A stretch of DNA of 64,000 nucleotides. Source: an uncultured Acidobacteriota bacterium. Lineage in GTDB: Bacteria; Acidobacteriota; Thermoanaerobaculia; Multivoradales; UBA5704. The first letter of the stretch is position 1, and each line of letters begins with the position of its first letter. This document shows, one piece after another, positions 26,522-36,143 of the stretch. The stretch is from the NCBI GenBank assembly GCA_963700145.1, contig OY969474.1:3392001-3456000 (forward strand), read 5' to 3'. The position numbers were made by a program, and so were the translations under genes. The notes below the pieces were generated by a model that was not told the origin of the DNA, did not search any database, and saw only the letters and a program-made list of their open reading frames with translations.

Positions 26522-27118
26522 ATGACCGAGCCCGCCGAGCCCGCAGCTCCAGCAGCTCCCCCGGCGGCGCCCGCCGCCGCCAAGCCGGCCGCGAAGCCGG
26601 CCGCGGCCGCCGCGCCGGCCCGACCCCTGCCCGCGCCGGAGGAGATCGCCGACTGGATCGCGGGCGAGGACCTGCCCGTCCTCGCCAACCTCTTCGACGG
26701 GCTCACCGTCGCCCGCTTCGACGTCCTCGTGATGCAGGTGCGGAAAGAGGAGCTGCTGCCGCAGCACTGGCAGGTGATCACGGCGCGCGAGGCGCCGGAC
26801 GACCTCGTCTTCGACCGGCTGCCCGAGGTGGGCAACCTGCGGGTGCGCTACAAGGACCAGGAGCTGGCGCGGCGGCGGACCGAGAACCTGCGGGTCGCCT
26901 GGCGCGAGCTGCGCGGGCGCCGGCCGGCGCTGTGGACGGTGGCCGACCTCTTCGCCGGCATGCGCCGCATCGTCGAGCGCAACCGGCCGGTCGACTGGCA
27001 CGACCTGCTCTCGGCGGTGCGCGACGTCTGGCGCGGCCTCGAGCTGCCCCACGGGCGCGAGCAGCTCGAGGTCCTCTGGGCCTGTCTGGTGCAGGTGCGG
27101 AAGAGCACCAAAAAATAG
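26522..27118 (+). CDS. Hypothetical protein with Ala/Pro-rich N-terminus
   Basis: Host-like codon usage; globular C-terminal region. Confidence 0.7.
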   Translation: MTEPAEPAAPAAPPAAPAAAKPAAKPAAAAAPARPLPAPEEIADWIAGEDLPVLANLFDGLTVARFDVLVMQVRKEELLPQHWQVITAREAPDDLVFDRLPEVGNLRVRYKDQELARRRTENLRVAWRELRGRRPALWTVADLFAGMRRIVERNRPVDWHDLLSAVRDVWRGLELPHGREQLEVLWACLVQVRKSTKK

Positions 27119-27123
27119 CGGGC

Positions 27124-27696
27124 TTACTGGGCGGCGGGCAGGAGCGTCGCCTTCTTGATGACGACCGCCTCGAGCGGCACGTCCTTGGCGCCGGCCTTGA
27201 CGCCGGTCTTCACCTTGGCGATCGCGTCGGCCACGTCCATCCCCTCGACGACCTTGCCGAACACGGTGTAGCCCCAACCCTGCGTCGTCTTGGCGGTATG
27301 GTCGAGGAACTTGTTGTCGACCACGTTGATGAAGAACTGGCAGCTCGCGCTGTGCGGGTCGCTGGTGCGCGCCATGGCGAGGGTGCCGCGCTCGTTCTTG
27401 AGACCGTTGTCGGCCTCGTTCTGGACCTTCGTGTTGCACGGCTTGTTGGTCATGTCGGCGAGGGCGGCGCCGCCCTGCACCATGAAGCCGTCGATGACGC
27501 GGTGGAAGATGGTGCCGTCGTAGTGGCCGGACTTGACGTAGTCGAGGACGGTCTTCACCGTCCTGGGCGCCTTGTCGGGGAAGAGCTCGATCACGATCCG
27601 CCCCTTGCTGGTGTCGAGCGCCACGCGCGGGTTGGCGGCCATCGCCGGCACGGCGGCGAGCAGGGCGAACAGGCAGGCGAGCAGAGTCAACTTCAT
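27124..27696 (-). CDS. ppiA: Exported cyclophilin-type peptidyl-prolyl isomerase
   Basis: Signal peptide; [35 protein letters not shown]. Confidence 0.95.
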   Translation of the reverse strand: MKLTLLACLFALLAAVPAMAANPRVALDTSKGRIVIELFPDKAPRTVKTVLDYVKSGHYDGTIFHRVIDGFMVQGGAALADMTNKPCNTKVQNEADNGLKNERGTLAMARTSDPHSASCQFFINVVDNKFLDHTAKTTQGWGYTVFGKVVEGMDVADAIAKVKTGVKAGAKDVPLEAVVIKKATLLPAAQ

Positions 27697-27743
27697 GAAC
27701 GCTTCTCCTTGGTTTGGTTTGCGGTGATCGACGTGGAGCAAGG

Positions 27744-28358
27744 ATGGTAGCACGGCCCCCGGAGGCGACCGGCGCGGTGGGCGTCGTCCTCGCAGGGGGC
27801 GCTTCGCGCCGGCTGGGAGAGGACAAGGCGCTCCTCGCCGCGGGCGGGGAGAGCCTGGCTGCGCGGGCGGTGCGCAAACTTCGAGGCTTCGCCGACATAG
27901 CGGTGGCCGACGGCGGGCGCGGCCTCGTGCCCGGCGTCCCGTCGCTGCCCGACGGCCCCGGCCGCGGGCCGGCAGCGGGCGTGCTCGGCGCCGCAGCCGC
28001 CTACCCGGAGCGGGCGCTCATGGTCCTCGCCTGCGATCTCCCGGAGGTGCCGGAGGTCCTGCTGACCGCGCTGGTGATCGCGGGCCGTATGGCGAAGGGG
28101 GGAGAGGCGGACTGGGCCGTGCCGCGCTGGGGAGGACGGCTCGAGCCGCTCTGCGCCATCTACGGGCCGGCGGCGCTCGCGGCGCTCGCCCGCCGCGCCG
28201 CCGCGGGACGCTTCGCCCTCCACGAGCTGGCCGACGAGCCCGGTCTCCGGATCGCGTACCTCGACGACGAAGACCTCGAGGGCTTCGGCGATCCCGCCCG
28301 GATCTTCCTCAACCTCAACACGCCGGACGACGTCGCGCGCTGGCGGGGCGGAGCCTAG
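27744..28358 (+). CDS. mobA: Molybdenum cofactor guanylyltransferase
   Basis: [40 protein letters not shown]. Confidence 0.9.
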   Translation: MVARPPEATGAVGVVLAGGASRRLGEDKALLAAGGESLAARAVRKLRGFADIAVADGGRGLVPGVPSLPDGPGRGPAAGVLGAAAAYPERALMVLACDLPEVPEVLLTALVIAGRMAKGGEADWAVPRWGGRLEPLCAIYGPAALAALARRAAAGRFALHELADEPGLRIAYLDDEDLEGFGDPARIFLNLNTPDDVARWRGGA

Positions 28359-28687
28359 CTCTCCACTTCGTCGCCCACCCCCCCGCACTGGGGACAGGGG
28401 CAGATCTCGCGCAGGAAGTCGAAGCGGTAGATGCCCGTTGCGTGGCCGTCGGACCAGGCGATCGAGATGGCGTAGTGGCCGACCGGCTTGATCGACTGGG
28501 CGGCGACCGGCCCGGCCGGCGGGTGGAAGCGGATCTTCATCCCCGAGTGCCCCTGGCAGCCGGCGCAGGGGCACCAGCCGCGCAGGTAGCGGTAGTCGTA
28601 CTCGGCGGCGTGGCCGTCGCTCCAGGTGAGGCGGAGCTTCCCCTCCTCGGGGAGGCGGCGCGCTTCGGTCAAGGTGGGGACGGCCAT
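28355..28687 (-). CDS. DUF971 / GBBH-like N-terminal domain protein
   Basis: WSDGH...LRGWCPCAGC...VGHYAISIAWSDGHATGIY. Confidence 0.9.
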   Translation of the reverse strand: MAVPTLTEARRLPEEGKLRLTWSDGHAAEYDYRYLRGWCPCAGCQGHSGMKIRFHPPAGPVAAQSIKPVGHYAISIAWSDGHATGIYRFDFLREICPCPQCGGVGDEVES

Positions 28688-28713
28688 CGTGGCGTCATGG
28701 TAGAACACGCGCC

Positions 28714-29346
28714 ATGCGCCGCACCCTGCCGCTCCTCGCTCTCCTCTCTCTCCTCGCCGTGGCCGCCACCGCGCCCGCCCTCGCCCAGACGCCGCAGCGC
28801 TTCGAGCTGACGCCCCTCGTCGGCTACCGCCTCTCCGGCGAGGTGGACTCGATCGACGACGACTTCCGCCGCTCCGACGTCGAGCTCGACGAGAGCGCGA
28901 GCGTCGGCTTCACCTTCGACATCCCGATCGGCTCCGGCTTCCAGCTCGAGCTGATGGCGCGCCACCAGGACACCGCCTTCGTCGCCGACTCGGGCGTGCT
29001 CGACCCGACCGAGGAGCTCGGCGACGTGACGATCACCCAGGCCCACGCCGGCATCCTCCTGCAGTGGGGGCCGGGGCAGGTCAACGGCTTCGTCGTGGCG
29101 AGCGGCGGGATCTCATCGATCGACCCGGAGGGCCCGGGGCTCGACTCCGAGACGCGCCTCTCGGGAAGCCTGGGCGGCGGCGTCAAGGTCTTCTTCAACC
29201 GCCACGTCGGGCTGCGCCTCGAGGGGCGCGGCTACTGGACCGACTTCGCCGCCGACGACGACGATCGCCGCCGCGACCGCCGCCGCACCTACGACGACGC
29301 GCTGGTGCAGGGCGAGGGGAGTATGGGGCTGATCATCGCCTGGTAA
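28714..29346 (+). CDS. Outer-membrane beta-barrel protein
   Basis: Signal peptide, amphipathic beta-strands (GGGVKVFF, GLRLEGR), C-terminal Trp. Confidence 0.8.
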   Translation: MRRTLPLLALLSLLAVAATAPALAQTPQRFELTPLVGYRLSGEVDSIDDDFRRSDVELDESASVGFTFDIPIGSGFQLELMARHQDTAFVADSGVLDPTEELGDVTITQAHAGILLQWGPGQVNGFVVASGGISSIDPEGPGLDSETRLSGSLGGGVKVFFNRHVGLRLEGRGYWTDFAADDDDRRRDRRRTYDDALVQGEGSMGLIIAW

Positions 29347-29373
29347 GGCGGTCGCGCCCAGCGCGCCTTACCC

Positions 29374-29400
29374 GAGCCCGGCGCGAAAGCTTTCGCGCCT
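29374..29400. repeat. REP-like 27-bp palindrome, copy 1
   Basis: GAGCCCGGCGCGAAAGCTTTCGCGCCT is identical to 48397-48423. Confidence 0.8.
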
Positions 29401-31631
29401 CAGGCGACCAGCGGGTGCACCTGGTTGCGCCCGCCGTTCTTGGCCTCGTAGAGCGAGCGGTCGGCGGCGGCCAGCAGGTCGCGGGCGCTGAGCTTCGGCC
29501 CGAGGTCGTGGAGCGAGCCGAGGCCGATCGAGATCGTCACCCGCGCCAGCGACCCGTCCTCCATCGGCACCGTCGCCCGCTGCACCAGCGAGCGCACCTT
29601 CTCGGCCACCGCGGCGGCGCCGGCGACGTCGGTCTCGGGCAGCACCAGCAGGAACTCCTCGCCGCCGTAGCGCCCGATCGAGTCGGTGCTGCGCAGGCCG
29701 GCCGCCGCCGCCTGCGCCACGCGCTTGAGGAGGGCGTCGCCGGCCAAGTGGCCGTAGCGGTCGTTGATTCCCTTGAAGTGGTCGAGGTCGGCCATGGCGA
29801 CGGTCAAGGGCCGCCGGTAGCGCAGGGCGCGGTCGAGCTCGCGCTCGAGCTGCTCGAGGATCGCCTCCCGCCGCAGCAGGCCGGTCAGGCTCTCGTAGGT
29901 CGCCGACTCGAAGAGGCGGGCGTTCTCGAAGACCGTCGCCACGTGGTGCGACAGCAGATTGAGCAGCTCCAGCTCCTCGGCCCGGTGGCGCTCGCGCCCC
30001 TCCTTCTCGCCCACCACCAGCACGCCGGTCAGGTTCTCCTGGTGCAGCAGCGGCACGGCGAGCGCCGCGTCGAGGCGCGGCCAGAGGGCGAAGGCCGAGC
30101 CGCGGAGCTGCTCGACCGGCAGCGGCCGCTGCGCCCGGCGGAGCTGCTCGACGCCGGGGTCGGCGACCGAGAGGAAGAGGGTGCGGTCCTGCTCCTCCTG
30201 GCTCCAGCTGCGCGACGAGGCGAGCGCCGAGAGGACGCCCGAGCCGGGGTTGGCGATGAGGATCGTGGCGCTGCGCGCGCCGAAGATGTCGCGCAGCCGC
30301 TCGACCAGGTGCTCGCCCATGCGCGGCAGCTTGCCGAGGGCCGGAAGCTCGCCGGCGAGCGCGATCAGGCGCTTGCGCAGCTCGTTGCGCTCGGGGAAGA
30401 GGCGGCGGTCGATCTGCCGCTGGAGGAGGCCGCGCAGCGGCCAGAAGAGGAACCCCGCCAGCAGCGTCGCCGCCGAGATCACCCAGATCGACGCCTCCCC
30501 TTCGAGGAAGCGCGAGACCAGCGCGCCCCCGGTCCCCAGCGCGCCGTAGAAGACCAGCACCAGCATGCCGGTGAGCGTCGTGTAGAGCAGGCCGCGCCGC
30601 ACCACCAGCTCGATGTCGAAGAGGTGGTAGCGATAGATCGCGGCGATGACGGCGATCGGGTAGAGGAGCAGGATCAGCGACTCGAGCCCGGTGAGCCAGG
30701 GCGGCACCGGCAGGCCGGCGAGGTCGAAGCCGGTGGTGGCGAAGACGAAGAGGAGCCAGGGGATCACGCCGGCGAGCACCAGTCCCGCCTGCTGCCGCCC
30801 CCGCGGCTCCGGGTGCCGGAACGCGGGCACGGCGAGGAGCACCGTCACCGCCAGCGCCCAGACCGGGAGGCCGACGTCGAGGAGCACCCCCTGGATCGTC
30901 GTCGAGGTCCAGAGGAAGAAGTCGCGGCCGAAGCCCTGCTCGAAGACGAAGGTTGCGGCGGTGGCGACGCCCAGCCCGAGCCCGAGCACGTAGTAGAGCG
31001 GCACCACCCAGGGGCGGCGGCGGATCCAGGCCTGGCGCTCGGGGATGAGCGAGGCCAAGTGGAGCTCGAGGCCCATCTGGAAGCCGGTCAAGAGGTGGAA
31101 GGCGGCGAGCGCCACGAGCCGCACCCAGCGGTCGCCCAGGGCCTGGACCGGCAGCGCCAGCTCGATCGCCACCGCCGCCGCGAAGAGCAGCAGGAGGCGG
31201 CCGCGGATGTCGCGCTCACGCCGCTGCAGGAGGGCGACGAGGGCGAGCGCCAGGAAGCAGAGGGTCGTGAGGGCGCCGATCGCCAGGCGCAGCCACGGCA
31301 CCGGCACGCCGGGGTGGACGGCCATCTCCCGCACCGACCCCTGCCGCTCGACCGTCAGCCGCACCGGCGTGCCGGCGCGGAAGTGCTTCGCCGCGAGGTC
31401 CCAGTCGGTGACCTTGCGCATGCGGACGCCGTCGGCGGCGAGGACGCGGTCGCCCGGCAGCAGGCCCGCGCGCTCGCCGGGCAGCCCGGGGGTCAGCGAC
31501 TCGACGCGGATCGCCCCGTCCCCCTCCTCGGGGACGGCGCCGATCCGCCGCCCGGCGCTCCGCACCGCCGCCGTCATCTGCACGTAGAGGAGCGCCGCCA
31601 CCACGGCGCAGAGCGTCGCGGCGAGCAACAT
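29400..31631 (-). CDS. Membrane diguanylate cyclase (PDZ + multi-TM + GAF-like + GGDEF)
   Basis: AGLLPGDRVLAADG (PDZ), about 8 TM segments, DLDHFKGINDRYGHLAGD, RYGGEEF. Confidence 0.92.
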   Translation of the reverse strand: MLLAATLCAVVAALLYVQMTAAVRSAGRRIGAVPEEGDGAIRVESLTPGLPGERAGLLPGDRVLAADGVRMRKVTDWDLAAKHFRAGTPVRLTVERQGSVREMAVHPGVPVPWLRLAIGALTTLCFLALALVALLQRRERDIRGRLLLLFAAAVAIELALPVQALGDRWVRLVALAAFHLLTGFQMGLELHLASLIPERQAWIRRRPWVVPLYYVLGLGLGVATAATFVFEQGFGRDFFLWTSTTIQGVLLDVGLPVWALAVTVLLAVPAFRHPEPRGRQQAGLVLAGVIPWLLFVFATTGFDLAGLPVPPWLTGLESLILLLYPIAVIAAIYRYHLFDIELVVRRGLLYTTLTGMLVLVFYGALGTGGALVSRFLEGEASIWVISAATLLAGFLFWPLRGLLQRQIDRRLFPERNELRKRLIALAGELPALGKLPRMGEHLVERLRDIFGARSATILIANPGSGVLSALASSRSWSQEEQDRTLFLSVADPGVEQLRRAQRPLPVEQLRGSAFALWPRLDAALAVPLLHQENLTGVLVVGEKEGRERHRAEELELLNLLSHHVATVFENARLFESATYESLTGLLRREAILEQLERELDRALRYRRPLTVAMADLDHFKGINDRYGHLAGDALLKRVAQAAAAGLRSTDSIGRYGGEEFLLVLPETDVAGAAAVAEKVRSLVQRATVPMEDGSLARVTISIGLGSLHDLGPKLSARDLLAAADRSLYEAKNGGRNQVHPLVA

Positions 31632-31749
31632 TCGGGTCGTGCGTTTAGCGCGCAAGTGCTTTATCTACGGAGGTTCCGAGGATTTAACTTTAACGCCGCC
31701 CGCCGCGGCCGGCTGCAAAAGAGTTGGCGGATGGGCTACGCTGACTGAC

Positions 31750-32070
31750 ATGGACGTGCGCGGACGGCGGCGCCGGCGCCTCGTGGGGGCCGCGCTAGCG
31801 CTCCTCGCCCTCCTCGCCTTCGACCTCGCGCGGCCGCCGGCCAGCCAGGCGAGCGCGCGGGCGCTCCTCGGGGCGATCCACCTCTACCAGGCGACTCTCT
31901 CGCCGCGCATGCCGGCCCTGGGGATCGGCTGCCGCTTCCGGCCGAGCTGCAGCCGCTACGCCGAGGGGGCGGTGCGCAAGCGCGGCGCCCTGGTCGGTAG
32001 CGCGCTGGCCGTTGGGCGGGTCCTGCGCTGCGGCCCCTGGACCCCGGCCGGCACCTTCGACCCTCCCTAA
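31750..32070 (+). CDS. yidD: YidD-family membrane protein insertion efficiency factor
   Basis: YQATLSP...CRFRPSCSRYA...RVLRCGPW. Confidence 0.85.
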   Translation: MDVRGRRRRRLVGAALALLALLAFDLARPPASQASARALLGAIHLYQATLSPRMPALGIGCRFRPSCSRYAEGAVRKRGALVGSALAVGRVLRCGPWTPAGTFDPP

Positions 32071-32080
32071 GGGGCCCGCC

Positions 32081-32563
32081 ATGGACGACACGATCGACTA
32101 CCAGCAGCGGGTGCAAGAGGCCCTGCGCGGGCTCGTCGTGCGTCTCCTCGCCGAGGTGGCGGAGGAGGGCCTGCCGGGCGACCACTACTTCTACCTCTCC
32201 TTCCGCACCGGCCACCCGGGGGTGGCGATGCCGGCCTGGCTGCGCCAGCTCCATCCCGAGGAGCTCAACATCGTCCTCCAGCACCAGTACTGGGACCTCG
32301 AGGTGGACGACGAGGCCTTCTCCGTCACCCTGAGCTTCGACGGCTCGCGGCAGCACCTCACGATCCCCTTCTCGGCGCTCACCGCCTTCCTCGACCCGGT
32401 GGCGAGCTTCGGCCTGCGCTTCGACGGGGCCGCGGCGGCGGGGCCGGCGGGGGCGGCGGGGGAAGCGCAGGGCGCTCCGCCGGAGCCCACCGCGGCGCCG
32501 CTGGGGCCGGGCGAGGAGCCGGGCGGCCAGGTCGTCCGCTTCGACCCGACGCGCAAGCGTTGA
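32081..32563 (+). CDS. sspB: ClpXP adaptor SspB (alphaproteobacterial-type)
   Basis: IDY...ALRG...GLPGDHYFYLSFRTGHPGV, IVLQHQYWDLEV, FSVTLSF, C-terminal VVRFDPTRKR. Confidence 0.85.
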   Translation: MDDTIDYQQRVQEALRGLVVRLLAEVAEEGLPGDHYFYLSFRTGHPGVAMPAWLRQLHPEELNIVLQHQYWDLEVDDEAFSVTLSFDGSRQHLTIPFSALTAFLDPVASFGLRFDGAAAAGPAGAAGEAQGAPPEPTAAPLGPGEEPGGQVVRFDPTRKR

Positions 32564-32660
32564 GACCGAGGCGCCCCCGTCCTCCCCAGGTGACGAAGCC
32601 GGGCTCCCGCGGACCCCTCCGTTTCGCCTGAAACCCTTTCGCCAGAGGCAGTTGCGCCCG

Positions 32661-32676
32661 TGGCACCCGCCTTGCT
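32661..32676 (+). promoter_or_regulatory. sigma54 (-24/-12) promoter
   Basis: TGGCAC-CCGCC-TTGCT matches TGGCAC-N5-TTGCW, 41 bp upstream of the ATG at 32718. Confidence 0.7.
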
Positions 32677-32717
32677 CCTTAGGGGCCGCGGAACCCACTT
32701 CACGAGAGGTATGCACC

Positions 32718-33683
32718 ATGATTCCGACCCGACTGCGACTCCCGATCTTCTCCGCCGCCCTCCTGCTGGCGGCGGTGCCCCTGCTCCTCGCCGGCTGCGG
32801 CCGCGACGAGCCCGCGCAGCTCGCCACCGGCGCCCCCTACGGCACCCAGGACGCCGAGCTGTACAGCCAGTCCGCCCCTCTCGCGACCGAGCTCGACTAC
32901 GACCTCGCCGAGTCCGTGCCCGAGATGCCGAACCAGGTGATCGTCGAAGAGGACCCGTCCGGCGCCGAGCGCGCCAGCCTGTCCGAGCGCGAGCGCGACC
33001 TCCAGGAGCGCGAGGCCGAGCTGGCCCGCCGCGAGCGCGAGGCCGACCTCGCCCGCCGCGAGGCCGAGGTGGCGGCGCGCGAGCGGAGCGCCCGGCGCGA
33101 GCCCGCGCCCCGCGAGGAGCGGGTGGCCGACTACGACGAGCCGGCCGAGCGCCCGGTGCGCCGCGCCAGCTCGGTGACCGTGCCGGCCGGCACGACCCTC
33201 GACGTCGAGCTGCTCGAGACCGTCTCGAGCCAGACCAGCCAGGTGGGCGACAGCGTGCGTGCGCGGGTGTCGGGCAGCGTCCACGAGGACGGCGTCAACG
33301 CCATCCCCGCCGGCTCCGAGGTGATCGGCGTGGTCAGCGACGCCCAGGCCCTGCGCCGCGTCGGCGGCCGGGCGCGGCTGGCGATCGATTTCACCGAGCT
33401 CGTCCTGCCCGACGGTCAGACCGTGCCGATCTCGGCCTCCTACAGCCAGATCGGCAAGAGCGAGACCGCCAAGGACGCGGCGACCATCGGCGCCGGCGCC
33501 GCCGTCGGCGGCGTCCTCGGCAAGCAGATCGAGAAAGACCGCCGCGGCACGGTCATCGGCGCCATCGTCGGCGCCGCCGCCGGCACCGCCATCGCCGCCA
33601 AGACCAAGGGCCGCCAGGTCACCCTCCCGGCCGGCACCAGCCTGAGCGTGTCGCTGCAGGACTCGGTGACGGTCCGGCGCTAG
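32718..33683 (+). CDS. Lipoprotein with coiled coil and glycine-zipper/TrbI-like domain
   Basis: Lipobox LAGC; VTVPAGTTL...IPAGSEVIG; IGAGAAVGG...IGAIVGAAAG. Confidence 0.85.
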   Translation: MIPTRLRLPIFSAALLLAAVPLLLAGCGRDEPAQLATGAPYGTQDAELYSQSAPLATELDYDLAESVPEMPNQVIVEEDPSGAERASLSERERDLQEREAELARREREADLARREAEVAARERSARREPAPREERVADYDEPAERPVRRASSVTVPAGTTLDVELLETVSSQTSQVGDSVRARVSGSVHEDGVNAIPAGSEVIGVVSDAQALRRVGGRARLAIDFTELVLPDGQTVPISASYSQIGKSETAKDAATIGAGAAVGGVLGKQIEKDRRGTVIGAIVGAAAGTAIAAKTKGRQVTLPAGTSLSVSLQDSVTVRR

Positions 33684-33698
33684 CCGGTAAAGAGCCAC

Positions 33699-33737
33699 GG
33701 GCCGCGGCGCCGCTCCAAAGGCGGCGCCGCGGGACCC
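33699..33737. terminator. GC-rich hairpin after the lipoprotein gene
   Basis: CCGCGGCGCCGC-TCCAAAG-GCGGCGCCGCGG stem between convergent genes. Confidence 0.5.
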
Positions 33738-33905
33738 TCGCGGTCGCCGCCGGCCCTCTGGCTACGAGGATTGCCTCCCCACGTGCGTCCCGAGCCCTAA
33801 CGTTCCTCTCAACGGCTCAGGCCTAAGAGGCGAGACCGCGCGATAGTGCGGTATTCCTCCGCTTATGGCAGTGTAGGCGGCCTTCCGATTCCTGTTCAGC
33901 CAGCG

Positions 33906-35378
33906 CTATGGCTGAAACCAAACATTACTGACAGCGAGGGCTCCGCCCGTAGAGGAGGGCATTAGATCCGCCGTACAGCGCACGTTTGACATCCAGTCTA
34001 TATAGCGTAGGCCGATCGATCTATCGTGACGTAGAGTCATCTCGCAGAAGCCGTTGTTTCCCATATCCTCACGGAGCTTCCAGGGATGGAAACGGTGCCG
34101 CTCCTCGAGAAACACCAACGGCGCTGGTTCATGCTTTCCAGCCGCTCGCCGCTGATAAGGGTAACCGCCATGCCCGATGCAGCTGCCCGCGAATCCGAAT
34201 GGCGACGACGCCTCGAATAGCGCACAGTAGTGCGTGTTTCCCCAAAACCAGAGGTCAATTAACCTGTCTTGATCGAGGGATTTCAAATCGTCGTCATACA
34301 GATTAGTCGTCCCTTTGTGGCCGTATGTATAAGGCTCATCTCCAGAGAGGAGGATGGTCACCTTCTCGGCCGTCCGCCCCTGCTCCAGCGTCTCTCGAAG
34401 CCAAGCTTGGAGCTTGGCGTCATCGTGTCGCTTATGTCTCAGCCCCTCAGTGTCGATACCCACGACAAGACAAGTCCCGAAGTCAAGCGCAAAGTAGCTC
34501 CCCTCTTGGCGCTGCACGCCAGGGTGGTCCGCGAGGCGGTGCCGAATGTAGCGGAAATAGGGCTCCGCTCGCGATTGCATCTCGTGGTTCGAATTGAGAT
34601 TCCAGAGTGGCGTGGTCGACAGCAACGGATCGAGCTGCTTACGGAATCGCTTGCGATATTCTGACGCCCTTCCAGCATAGTATACATCGCCGAGGTGAAT
34701 CGTGGCGTCATAGCCTCCACGACTGATCTGCTTCGCGATGTATTCTGAATGGTAATAGGCGGTTCCGAAATCTGAAAACAGGGCAATCCGGATCGGAGTT
34801 GCCTGCGTTGGTTCGTTTAGAGAGTAGCGAAAGAGCGAAGGGAAGGCGAGGTTCTCGTGCCGAAGAAAATGAGGGCTTGGCGAGAAGTTGCCGAGCAGGA
34901 ACGGACCGGAGAAGAAGAGCCACCCAAGAGCATCTCCGACTTCCTCGAAAGTGTGCTTGCCCGGCTCAATCTTGATCGTCGGATCAATACCAGGGAACGT
35001 GAAGTCAGGCGGTAGAGGTTGAGCGATCTTTAGGAATGCCGCGTCGGCGGACATTGCCTCAAGAGCGGCCGTAGGATTGTCAAATACCGCTCGTGCGCGC
35101 TCCACAAGGGCGCGTAACTCGTGCTCAGTAATTTCCCCATCCCAGAGCTCCCGTGCGCGCGCCACGACCGTCTCGGGTTCTGTTTCAAGAGCCGCCGCTA
35201 TTTGCTCAAGTTGCTCTCGGTCGAGTGGAGGTATCTCGCTTTCGGCTGGCTCAAGCTGTTCTCGATCATGAGGAACAAATTCGGCGTCGGCTTCTATGGT
35301 CTTCTTGGCTAAAACCTCTACAGCTGGAGCTTCCACGTCGGGATCTAAGAAACGATAAACATCGTAGATTGTCGCCAT
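33906..35378 (-). CDS. Calcineurin-like metallophosphoesterase with acidic N-terminal extension (lower GC)
   Basis: FSDFGT, HLGDVYY, NSNHE, WFWGNTH, IGHGG. Confidence 0.85.
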   Translation of the reverse strand: MATIYDVYRFLDPDVEAPAVEVLAKKTIEADAEFVPHDREQLEPAESEIPPLDREQLEQIAAALETEPETVVARARELWDGEITEHELRALVERARAVFDNPTAALEAMSADAAFLKIAQPLPPDFTFPGIDPTIKIEPGKHTFEEVGDALGWLFFSGPFLLGNFSPSPHFLRHENLAFPSLFRYSLNEPTQATPIRIALFSDFGTAYYHSEYIAKQISRGGYDATIHLGDVYYAGRASEYRKRFRKQLDPLLSTTPLWNLNSNHEMQSRAEPYFRYIRHRLADHPGVQRQEGSYFALDFGTCLVVGIDTEGLRHKRHDDAKLQAWLRETLEQGRTAEKVTILLSGDEPYTYGHKGTTNLYDDDLKSLDQDRLIDLWFWGNTHYCALFEASSPFGFAGSCIGHGGYPYQRRAAGKHEPAPLVFLEERHRFHPWKLREDMGNNGFCEMTLRHDRSIGLRYIDWMSNVRCTADLMPSSTGGALAVSNVWFQP

Positions 35379-35726
35379 CTCTCCCCCCTGTAGCAGTCTG
35401 TCGCAGCCTGCCGTCTTGCTATAGCTATCCTTGCATTCTGCGTCTAACCTCTTTTACGACTCAAGGCCCGCAGGTGTGTCGGCATAGCCAACAGTCGGCT
35501 GTCCTCTTGCTCCGCGGCTCCGACTGCGCCGGTTTACATTCATGGGCCTGTAGTTAGCTAAGTAGCTAGTATAGCAAGAAAGGCGGGGGCTTGCCTAAGA
35601 ACCGGTAGCGAGCCGACGGCTCGGCGCCCCGAGGTGCGCTCCGAGGCTCGTGCCGGGCGGTTCGAGCGCTCGGCGAGCGGCGGCGAACCGCCCCCGGGGC
35701 CGGCGGAGCCGGGATCCCGGCTCGGC

Positions 35727-36143
35727 TCAGCGCCCCGCCTGTTCCAGCCTCCGCACTCCTTCGGCAAACTCCTCCAGCGGCCCGAGCCGTTCGAGAGCTT
35801 GGACCACCCGCTCGAGGTCGAGTGCCACGTACTCGTGGATCAGGACGTTGCGGAAGCCGGGGAGCGGCTCGAGGTCGCGCACCAGGCGGTCGGGGAACTC
35901 GGGGTAGGCGGTGAGGCTGCGGACCGCTTCGGTGTAGTCCTCGAACCGCTGGCCCCGTCGCCCGGCCAGCTCGCCGGCGATGTCGATCAGGAGCTGACAG
36001 ACGGTTTGCAGCGAGAAGAGCACGTCGTTGTGGAGCGTCAGGTCGCGGCGCAGCGCCTCGGCGCTCGTGACGCGCGGCCGCAGCTCCTTGAGATGGTCGA
36101 GGTGCCGGCGGAGCTCGACCAGGCGCTCGACGACCGGGCTCAC
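35727..36143 (-). CDS. hepT: HEPN/DUF86 ribonuclease toxin
   Basis: GFRNVLIHEY (RX4HXY motif); overlaps the MNT gene. Confidence 0.9.
   Translation of the reverse strand: MSPVVERLVELRRHLDHLKELRPRVTSAEALRRDLTLHNDVLFSLQTVCQLLIDIAGELAGRRGQRFEDYTEAVRSLTAYPEFPDRLVRDLEPLPGFRNVLIHEYVALDLERVVQALERLGPLEEFAEGVRRLEQAGR

Noticed and set aside
32960-33120. Repetitive GCGCGAG-rich stretch
   Set aside because: It encodes the E/R/A coiled coil of the lipoprotein, an ordinary coding repeat.
35600-35726. GC-rich nested inverted repeats downstream of hepT as an ncRNA
   Set aside because: No second copy or recognisable family in the window. Such pairing is common at this GC content, and it may be just a terminator or REP.
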